Source: Tubulanus polymorphus (taxonomy: Eukaryota; Animalia; Nemertea). From it: DNA of 64,000 nt. Positions 53,798-64,000 of this stretch are shown one piece after another (position 1 is the first letter of the stretch; each line of letters starts with the position of its first letter). The stretch is from positions 5,436,778 through 5,500,777 of the forward strand of contig NC_134030.1 in the NCBI RefSeq assembly GCF_964204645.1. Direction: 5' to 3'. The notes under the pieces were generated by a model, which searched no databases, had not been told where the DNA came from, and saw only the letters and a list, made by a program, of their open reading frames with translations. A program made the translations under genes and the position numbers.

Positions 53798-55191
53798 TTT
53801 CGACACAATGACGGGACCGCGTCTAGGCTATAAAAACGTACTTGATCGGTACCATCGAAATGTATGACAATTTGTTTTAGATAGTGTCATTGTTTTGTCC
53901 CGTTTATGCATAGTTGATAGCTGGGTATATACGATGCATACACAGACGGAGGCCGCTGTGTTACGCTGTATGCGCGACAGCGAGATCATTAAAAAACGTT
54001 TAATCGGAAAGAAATTAACCCCCAGTGAATAACGAAATGAAGACTGTCAGTATTTTTTAAGCCTACGATTTGTTGTAAATTTATTTGTAAAACTGGGACT
54101 GGTGGAGTACATGAGTAAGTGGGATGCTGGTGTAATGGCGGTGCTATGCGGGTGACTTGTGTGAGTAAGACTTTTACGCAGGAGCTGCAATCAGCGGTTG
54201 TTATAAACCACCGAACTATCAGCTGTAATTACATTCAATATTGGGCATTTAAAATCGAATTCATTTTCTGCTACACAGCATAAATGCACAACGGTCTGAT
54301 TCGCTTGAATAACACTCTTTACCAGTAATCTGTTTGAAAAGTTTGCGCATTTTCTCGTTACTGTTCAAGATTGAACGCCTTCTCAGCAACTACGAAACGC
54401 AGAAATGCCGGCTGTTGGGATTTAGTAGTTAATGCTTTTAAACTTGGTCCACGCAGTTTAGGGCTTGAATGGATTTTTAAAATCTGCATTGTTGCTTCTT
54501 TTGGAGTTTTCTATCCTGGCGTTGAGTAAACAAGCTCATTAATTTTAGAATTTACTTTCGTCACATCTGCCGATGAAAGGATGAAAATGTCCTCCGTGTG
54601 CAGCTGCCTCTGTACGTTATGACATTTTCGGGGTCTGTAATTATTGTTGATGACAGTCGCCGACGGATTAGCGGGACCCGGTTTTCTTACTTACTCTAAC
54701 GGTTCAATATCGCATATATATATATATATGTATCATACGTTCGTTTGAATAGGTTAACGCTTAAAAGGTATAATAATGATAACGCTTAAAAGGTATTAGG
54801 CTGGCGCAAATGTTGGAATCATATGTTCGCCACGTGAAAAGATTCCGAATCAGCTGTTGTTTTATCGACGAAAAAGGCACAGACAATCCGGGATAATCGA
54901 CAATCAAAACGCAATAAGGCACGACAGATCCCGATATTGATTGATGTCGATGATGTAGTGGTATCCCGAAATGACGTAGTAGGTATGACGTAACAATACG
55001 GTAGTTTAAACGTCTTTTTGGATATCCGAATTCGAGACGTGATCATAGATAGAATTCATATCATCTATTATTCGGTATATATAGAATGCAGACTACTAAC
55101 CGGGCTTGCCCCGCGCTGCATATAGTTTTCCGATATTTTCGTATGTCACCATATGTTATATCGTGGAATATAGAGGGTAATAACCATAAGA

Positions 55192-55366
55192 CGAAACACT
55201 CTGTCCGTGTTGTAACAACGACATAAAAAAATCCCACACTAAGAATAAGAAATTGAGTCTGAAATGTTACTTTTACCCATTAGTTTATTCATCTTAACTG
55301 AAGTTTACATTCCCATCGTTAATTCAACGTTTCGACTATGTCCCGATAGTCATCTTCGGGAATACT
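55192..55366 (-). repeat. Penelope-like repeat with degenerate minimal hammerhead ribozyme (core 55322-55365)
   Basis: The - strand reads GTATTC-CCGAAGA-T-GACTAT(CGGGAC)ATAGTC-GAA-ACGT-T-GAAT: stem I, CUGANGA-like core, stem II, GAAA and palindromic stem III. Confidence 0.65.
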
Positions 55367-56364
55367 AATCTTGTGACAAAAATGTGAAGCTTATGTACAA
55401 TCCAATCTCTTCAGGGAAACATTTCGGTCTCTATATTCCGTTCTTAATGTGGGATTTTTATATAATAGGGGGTCATTCAACCGCAATTCTTTCATTCAGC
55501 ATCTACCGGCGAACTAGATTTTTTCAATGTCCATTCTTCTCAAATGATGCGATGCATTCTCGTATTGCCACCATCCCGTGCGTCTCTCCCTCTTTACATT
55601 TCCCATTTCCGGATTTCTCATCTTCTGTTTACGTCTTGCGCGGCGCCGGGATCCGAGCGGCGGTACGCTACGTGCACGGTTGAAACATCAAAGCAAAGCC
55701 GCCTTGTACACGCTTCCACATTAGTGTTTTATTGCAGGCTCATTATAACCTCATCAAACTTTGTTATGACACCGCTTGACCCAAAAAATATCCCCGAGCA
55801 CAGTAAGCCATTCAACGAGTAAAATGATCATAATTTTATTGCCTGGAATGGCCATTGAAAGACCGGCTCATTAATCTGTTAGTACCGTTATACACCGGGA
55901 CAGATTGAAAAGCTAAAAGATCAACGTCTCATAAACGATCCCAGAATATGAGAGGTCTGATCCTGCAGTTTATCAAAAACACACCAACGCCGATCTTGAT
56001 ATCGATTACCCGCGCACATATACGTGGAAAAAATATGTATATGCTTTTAATCGTTCGTGGGAAAGTCGACAGCAACTTGTTGACAGGTTTGACGCGGTTT
56101 GATGTTGATGAATGACCCTCCCGAACATCAAAGCTTCCGTGTGATACCTGCGTAATGCTGGAAACACTCGCAGTAGTTTCATACTGACCTGATTTACAGG
56201 AATGTGCAGTATATACTCTGGAGGAAAGCTGCAGAAATACTGAACACATTTTTAATTCGCGTTGTCAGAGTCCCAACTTTTCATTGCGAGCGTCGTTGTG
56301 GGTTAGCCATAGTCTTGTGGGATTGCCAGATCATCGCAATAACCCTAATGGAACCAACCCATTA

Positions 56365-56519
56365 CAGTAGACTCCGCTCGAGTCGGATCAACTCGGATAT
56401 TCTACGGAATGTTTCGTTAGAACATTATTAATGAAATACATAATATCCAACTAAGGATATCGGCAAACTCGGAGACATTTTTACGGTGCCAAAAGGTCCG
56501 ACTCGAGTGGAGTCGACTG
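56365..56519. mobile_element. Tc1/mariner-pogo-type MITE (155 bp)
   Basis: 23-bp TIRs CAGTAGACTCCGCTCGAGTCGGA / TCCGACTCGAGTGGAGTCGACTG (2 mismatches), flanked by TA on both sides. Confidence 0.85.
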
Positions 56520-57404
56520 TAAATATCGATCAAGTTCAACAAAGTGACGCGTATAACCCCGAACACCGGGTGATGTAATTAAAGAATTTATAGCTGCAAT
56601 TCGAAGACATTACCGACTGGAAGAAACGATATCTTAATCCTTTCGGGCATACACGCACGTGCAGCGTGAAATAGAATAATAATCGCCCTTTCAATATAGA
56701 AACAAAATAGAGACGTATTACACTACGTATAGCTATAACACAACTCGTGATAAGAGGCCATAAACTATATCAACTACACCGAGATATTATTGATTCCGCT
56801 GTTATTGCGTTGATATTATTGTCGCTGATTCAACATTTTCATCATTAAATATTTATGAGTCGGATGAGATTCACAGGTTTTAGGATTATCCGATTGCCCG
56901 CGTAGATTTGTCTGATAAACCGCTTTTGTCGTTGCGAGGATTTTTCCGTCGTCTTTTCTCTAAGCACGAGGTGCCTGGATATAGGAATACTCGGCGGGTA
57001 AAATCAACACTTGGTGGCAATATGCGAGTCCATTCTTCGATCGATTCAATCAAGAAAAAAATGTTCTCAAAACATAGATTTTATTTACACCTCACCTAAC
57101 CTAATCTTGTATGTGGCACGTTGAGTGTGTGGGTTGACGTGTCCATGTAATTTCATTTCATTGAGAAATATATACACCCTAAATTTTGATTTCTTATAAC
57201 GATATGGTTGCGCGCAAAGATTCGATCTCGGAACCTCTTTCTCTGATCTTTTCAGATCGTCCCACCACATCCATTCGGCCACGTTCACCCATTGATTAAC
57301 GCCATGCTTGACCAAAACTCATCGGGGTCATACCGAATTCATCGAGAGACTAAGGAATCCCCGCTGCTGACGTCATTCGTCTGGAAGGGAAGCCTCAAAT
57401 CAAT

Positions 57405-57527
57405 GAAACACTCCGTCTGCGTTGTAACGATATAAGATCATATCCCACAATATGAAAGAAAGACAAATTCTAAAAAGTCTCGTAAGACTTTTCTACTTTA
57501 TCCTAATAGTCATCTTCGGGAATACTG
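57405..57527 (-). repeat. Degenerate copy of the hammerhead-bearing repeat
   Basis: GAAACACTCCGTC...GTTGTAAC...ATCCCACAA...ATCCTAATAGTCATCTTCGGGAATACT, collinear with the 55192 copy. Confidence 0.6.
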
Positions 57528-60500
57528 TTCGGTGGCTGTCGAGACTAAATTGACACTTACATTTAGTTATTCACACGAGGCCATGAACTCTTGATACGTA
57601 TTTAAAGCCTCATTGATGATAATCTGGCTCTCATTTCACTGCGGCAACAGGTGTATTTTTTCTCGTTCGGGAGATCGAAATGAATTTACAATTGAAGCTA
57701 TACGTATTTTCCGTACATCCTTTAATTGCTTCTGGTGACATGTCGTCATGATTGATCAGTACGATTCTCTACACCGAAGCCGCGTCAAATCGGACAGTTC
57801 TCATATTAGTTCACGTCGACTCTTCGTCAAACAAAGAAAATATTCGCTCCGCCATATTTGAAAAGTGTCAACGGCGGCTTAGACTATTGGCGATTATTTT
57901 TTATTTCGGAATGCGCTGAAAAGCCGCGGATTAACCGAAAAACCCCTTATTGAACCGTCGTTACATTATTGTCTTTCAATTGAGGTCGATTTCGCATGTG
58001 GATTATTTCCGGGGTTTCGACCTGTTAGAAGGCTGGCTGTCGATGCATGCGTTCACTTCGGTTACGTTAGTTTTCAATAACCGAAGATGTGCGAGTCATT
58101 CCCGCGTGATATGACTGAGTTATGGATCTCCGTAACAACTTAATGTAGAAAAAAACACTACAGGACACAAATCTCTCCTTTGTTCGATTGTGTAACGTCA
58201 CTTCCATAACCGGACACCGGACTTTTTTACGTTTTCCTCCAAAAATATAATTAATGATATAATTAGTAAGGGATTATTCAGATCACGCGTGGGTCGGTCT
58301 AAGCCCCGGTTCGATAAGTGTCCTTTATGATGACCCGATCCCCGAGGAGTTATCTTCACTTGACCGACGGCTCGCCCGTTAATGCGATGATGAATATTTC
58401 AGTCCCTCGGAACAATAGCAATTTGTCGACGACGACCGGCGCTTAATTCAAGTCCAGTGTCCGGCCCATTATACGATACCTCTTCAGACCTGTCGACATG
58501 TGATCGTAAAAAATCACCGACGACGCCGGTCATCTCAGGAACTAATACAGATTAAATCAGGTCGTCGACGTTAATTCAATTAAAAGAAATCGTATTTACA
58601 TTTACGAGCAATTTGATACACTGTTCCCATGTCATAACTCTATCTGTCATGCGTTTCCTGTAATATTGAGTACATCGGTCTAAAATGCATGATTCTCGAA
58701 ATTCCTTGCTGTAGATTTTGAAGGAAAAGACTTTTCAGCGGACGAGACAAACCTGATGTGGATTATAGAGTTATAATCATTACGCCTACACAGTCTGTTA
58801 CGCTTCACGCCGTTCTAGTCATGGGTGGTTAAGTTGCAGTACTTTTCACTGCGTTCGCCGCGCCGCCGCTATACGTCGGCGCAAGCTCCGCTTTAAGAAG
58901 ACCCAGTCAGACGTACATAACAACCCCATACGGCAACGATATCAAAAGAAACGAGGAAATCTGTTCCCGAGATATTGTGTCATTTCGTGTCGCCGGGTGT
59001 TTTGATTAATACTTCAAGAACTCAGCCCCCTGATCGTTTCGACCGAATCGTTTCCAATTTAGCGAGCTGCACACGTTCATGCCCGATTTGAAAGTCGATA
59101 CAAAATTCAGATCCAATCGGAATTGTCGGTGTGATGATTAATTTTGGACGATATTTCTATGCAAATCGCGATTGTTGTTTTGACAGTATTTCTGCACGAT
59201 AAGTTATATTATAGTACATGTATTTAGTATTTTCGCCTAGCGTTACTTGATAAATGTAAAATTAATTCAAATTTCACACTTTGCAATCTGTTTCGTCGTT
59301 CTACGTGCAACGTATATATCTTATCGTTTGGCGCAAGCGACAATAAGAAATCTGGTGTTGTAGCTAAATTGCAATTTGGTCACACGTTTCTCGATTACAA
59401 TACAAAACCTAATTTTCGCTTTTGTAGATTTCATAAACTGGTATATTCATAAATAAGCACTTTCCATTTCTGAATACAGAAGTATATCGTCGGTTTTCCG
59501 GACTGTTCTGAAACGGGAAATAATTGACACCGAACCGATTCTGCGTCCACAATTACGATGAGATCGTGAATAACAAGCATGTTTATCTAGCACTGCTTCT
59601 GGTCGTATGACAAATGTCCAACCGACAGGCGCACAATGTCTTCTGTGGACTGCGCGATGATTAGTGACTTACGGAATTTAACAATTTCAGACGCACGATT
59701 TCGAATTTTACAATGCAGCTTTCGAAAACAAATGGACGAAGTCGGATTATATGTCAGATTATTAATGCCTTCTTTGCGTGCTAATTGGGCGAGGTTCAAT
59801 TCGTGGTCTAACGGTCCCTTGTCGTGGTTTTGTCTTCTTCAATTTTAATCATAATGACTCAATATTTGAAATACGTGCATGAAATTAAGGCTCGTTCTAA
59901 GATCTGGCCATTGATAGCCACAATACAGTTTTGCACGATCTCGATCATGTAAACATGGTCGGACATTCTATAGTTTCGCTTACCGTCGTTTTCTGATCGG
60001 ATAATTAAAGTCAATCGCGGAACAGTGGAACTATTTCAACCTTGGACTAATCATGAAGAGAAAAATTTCGACAATTATCAAGGAAAGCTAACAGAGCTTT
60101 TACGTTTCCACTCAACTTTATGAGCTATTTGCAAGACTTTGTTGACAATGACTCGCAGAATTGGTTGAAACGTCGATGCCTCCTTGTTTTTTTCTTCGTG
60201 ATATTGTTATGTTTTTTTCTGCAATCGAAATATAGGCAGTCACTTTGTCAATGGAAACCAAAGCTGTTTATTTCTATGTATATAATGTATACACGATGAT
60301 GGCCCTATTCGTGGCCAAACTGTCACACATGCAACTTGAATGACTGGTTGGAAACTTCATTTTTAGCGTCTTATTTTCTTTCGGCACTGATAAAGCTGAT
60401 AGGTCTCGGGTTTGTTGAGCCAAGCTGTTGACGATACTACAATAGCGGCACTCTTGATGGCGGCAGCTTTGATCGTTTCCTTATTAACGGAATCATCTAT

Positions 60501-60723
60501 CCAGATCTATGGGCTGTGTTGGCATGCGCCAGTTGTATACGATACGATCACGAGCAGATTATGGTCCCGCAACAATAGTTGCTTTCTCGCAGACGTGTGA
60601 AAAAATGCTGATATTATGAGCTTATCGTCACGAGATATCTCGGCCTGCAGCGAGATCACTCATGTACTACAAGATCTCAACGGGAGATGGTCATATCGAT
60701 ATAAAGAACCCATGGTAGTGACC

Positions 60724-60826
60724 TGGTTGTGAGTTAGAATTAACTCTCTGAATTGAATAAAGTTGGTTCATTTTCAACGAATTAACTCTCGAGTCAATTT
60801 ATAACTCAAAACTGTGGAACTGAGTC
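60724..60826 (-). mobile_element. MITE family C, copy 2
   Basis: Reverse complement of 32800-32895 (GTTGTGAGTTAGA...TTCATTTTCAA...AACTGTGGAACTGA). Confidence 0.7.
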
Positions 60827-61790
60827 TTTGAAAAATATCATAGGTCATTGTATGCTTTGCCTGCGGGTCTTCGCATTAGGCTCCACATTCGGCGGTGAAG
60901 CCCTAATAAATGTACTTGACTAATGTTAACATTTCACCCCATCCAAACGAAAAACAAGGTATATAATAGTTCGGCCCAGAAGGATTGACCCCATCCACCG
61001 TCTTCTTTGGTAATGAGGGTTTATACCATGTGCTGAATTACATTTTTTGCAAATAAAACTCTAACTGCCAAAATAAGTTCTTTAACAATTCCCCGAAGGA
61101 TTAACCCCTCCCACTGTCTCCTATTGAATTCGGAGGGCTCCATTTAGTGAATTACCTTCCCGCCGGTAAATCTGTAGCCAAACCGATCAAAGGATGACGT
61201 CACGATACATTGTCACCGACTGACAACGGGACGAGGATAATAGTAACGAATGATGATCCGTTAGTTGGCGACTTATGTTCTCGTGTTTTCGGTGATTATC
61301 ATTGTGTGCACAGCACGAACCGTGTTAGTAACCACATCAATGAGATCGCGACACGAGATCACGTAATTAATTATCATCGAGTATGGCCATGCTTGAATCC
61401 CCGGTGATTCATTATTTGTCCTGAAAATACTATCTATCCCCCGTAGACGGTTTATCATCTATCCGTCGGTGCAATCTTTTTTTGTGCCCGCTCGTCATGA
61501 CACTACAGACGCGCTTTTTCACAAATAAACTATTTTCCGGTTAAGTCAGTTCAATGATCATCACGATTTGTGTGACAAATTTTAAAATCATATACCGAGC
61601 AACACTATGGGCATTATCAGTTATGAATACGTTTCATGTTTCCTTGAACTTCTTACGTCAGAGGCTAGAAAGAAAAAATCGCTCGCCTCAAGGGTTCGAG
61701 CCCCAACAAAATCCAAATTCCGAGGGTTTATTAAAGGAATTCGATACGTGTATCTAAAATGTTGTCATTCATTTTATTTTTTGTTTTCAG

Positions 61791-62098
61791 ACGGCCACAG
61801 TAAGAGAACGCGAACCGCCTATACTCGCCATCAAATTTTAGAACTCGAAAAAGAATTCCATTACAACCGTTACCTAACTCGCCGACGGAGGATCGAAATC
61901 GCGCACTTACTCACGTTGTCCGAGCGACAAGTAAAAATATGGTTCCAAAATCGACGCATGAAATGGAAAAAGGAACACAAATTACCGAACACTAAAATGC
62001 GTTTAACGGACACGACGGACCTGCGGCCGCCGCAACTTACGGATTTATCAGTGGTCAGCTGCGGTCCCCCGGACCATCGAACAGCCTTGACTACTTGA
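61791..62098 (+). CDS. Dfd: Deformed / Hox4, coding exon 2 (homeodomain 61799-61978)
   Basis: Acceptor ttgttttcag|AC. Homeodomain [60 protein letters not shown] is followed by the Hox4 parapeptide KLPNTK. Spliced CDS is 723 nt (240 aa). Confidence 0.95.
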
Positions 62099-62209
62099 CA
62101 TTCGTTTCATTTCAAAGAGATAATAATATTTATTATGTCATCAACTTCATTGTCATCATCATCGTCATTTGTGATCTCGGGTAACCAGTGACCTGTATGT
62201 GTATATATC

Positions 62210-62210
<1 letters not shown>

Positions 62211-62241
<31 letters not shown>
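62211..62241. repeat. (TA)n microsatellite in the Dfd 3' UTR
   Basis: Direct inspection. Confidence 0.95.
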
Positions 62242-62244
<3 letters not shown>

Positions 62245-64000
62245 AAAAATATATGTATAAGTTATTAAAAACTAAAAAAACGATCGTCTGTGAATTCGTG
62301 CGTGTAGTGTATCTCGTAGAATATAGATGGCGTTCCGCGTAATGCGTGGTTCGAGTTGAAGAAGCCATCATTTTAGGCGCATACGTAGAACTAATCGGCG
62401 ATTTCATCGATATGAAATTCAATGTGTACATATATGTTGTCCGTGTGTTTTACTAGCTCGAAGCTGAGTACAAGTTGGTTGATAAAGTGTCCAATGAAGA
62501 ATGATAAACGCTGTCTCAAACCGCGCACGACGAAGGCATCGCTGTGCCTGGTTGGTGTCCGCGCGCGAAAGAAACTGTTCGTTTCGCGTGTATTACGCTG
62601 AAAATCGTGATTTTATGTACTGATGAATGTAGCGATAAAAGCCCGGACGAAAAACGATAACATCTGCACGGTGACGTTTCTCGATATGACTCGGCGCCGT
62701 CGTCACTGGGGTTCGCGTGTGACTCCACACCACTTACGCGCGCGCTTTCCCCGAAGACTACTTAGGCTTAATAGAACATATATATATATACAATAACATA
62801 AAGATGGCTATCTGGGGGCTATATCATTCAGATTCAGAAAACATTGCTAACGTACTTACGTATGATAAAACCTATAGCGTCACAAATATTTTTTACAATG
62901 GTTGAACTGAAGATAGTTTTTTATTTTTGGCTATGACCTGTAGGACCAGGTCCCCATAGATACGCAATACTTTCATTTTTTTTCATCATTCTTCAAACAG
63001 TATATTTCGCTTTTGAAACTGTGCTGCTTACTCTTTGTGTCATTCGGTTTTCGCACATTTAGCGGATTATCTCGTCGAGCGCTTGTCGTGAAAAACAGCG
63101 CTGCACTGATCTAGCTGCGAGCAGGCTAATCCCTATATCCAGCATCGACTTCTAAAATACCTAAATCCTCTTTATATATACACTTAATATGGCTTAAAAG
63201 ATCAGGGTGTAAAATGTATAGAATTTAGTCTAGATTTTACTGATTTCCGAGATGTTAAATTAGTTGACTTTATTTTCGCAGATTTTATATGTTACGTCCT
63301 ATAGGGTACGATAGTTATCCGTTTTGCATTTAGATTATTTCGGATCCACTTCTCTGACACTAGCTGCGTAATCTACTTCTATCGTGTATTTTATCATACT
63401 TTTTTTTCATTGGGAATGTATAGTCAGTTTTTCAGATGTTTGTCACGTTGCTGCTCTCAAGCCACGGCACCTATAGAGTCGTCATATTTAGCAATACATG
63501 ACCAGGAACATGGGTCGAATGTCGTAATGTGGTTAACTTTTTTCAGTGTTCAGTGAAAACCTAAGAAATAGAATTTATGCACTCGGATGACGTTAATGAA
63601 CTCTAGCAATTTCTACCCATGCTGTGGCTTGGTATTTGATAGTTTATAGAATAAATGAAATTCGTCGTTCTCCCATATCTCGGAAAATCTTTCACGCTTT
63701 TCTCGCTGAAATATTCGATTTGAATTCATTTCTATTTACTTTTCTACTTGGCGACGGCGGCCCTCATTCGTGGCTGGTTATAATTTCAATTGAGGGAAAA
63801 ATTGTTATTTTATTTCCATTTCTTTTTCTAAATTGCCCCCTCCCTCTCCCTTTTATTGATGTCATTTTTCATAATTTTCGTTTCATCTTTAAACCAAATA
63901 TACCGGCTGAAAAATATATTTGAACGGGCGAGTGCGAACTTCAAAATCAATCATCGCATTTGATGTGTGAAGTAGTTGTTCTTATTTGATTTTCGTGAGG

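Larger units (their letters stand above)
53577..61790 (+). other. Dfd: Dfd intron (8214 bp, GT-AG, phase 1)
   Basis: Canonical splice sites joining [20 protein letters not shown] in frame. Confidence 0.85.

Overview
Eukaryotic (animal) genomic DNA, AT-rich but with abundant CpG: the central part of a Hox cluster, most likely from a lophotrochozoan/spiralian (inferred from the Scr C-terminal KLSHITKS peptide and homeodomain details). All genes are on the + strand in canonical order: Scr/Hox5 (two exons, 12169-12859 and 23791-24110, 336 aa), mir-10 (hairpin about 43205-43286), then Dfd/Hox4 (two exons, 53162-53576 and 61791-62098, 240 aa). The rest is intronic or intergenic, with dense Hox/Cdx/TALE-type motif clusters, several MITE families, microsatellites and a dispersed family of degenerate minimal hammerhead-ribozyme (Penelope-like) repeats. 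The most notable candidate is an unannotated 'orphan Hox-like first exon' at about 37.6-38.7 kb. It has the same CCAAT/E-box promoter module as Scr and Dfd, a short ORF ending in TYPW at a strong phase-1 splice donor that is in frame with the Dfd homeobox exon, and a downstream Hox-site cluster. It may be the pri-mir-10 promoter and an alternative Dfd first exon. The 5' leaders of Scr and Dfd also resemble vertebrate Hox5 and Hox4 leaders as I recall them; this needs an alignment to confirm. Other ORFs in the track look spurious.
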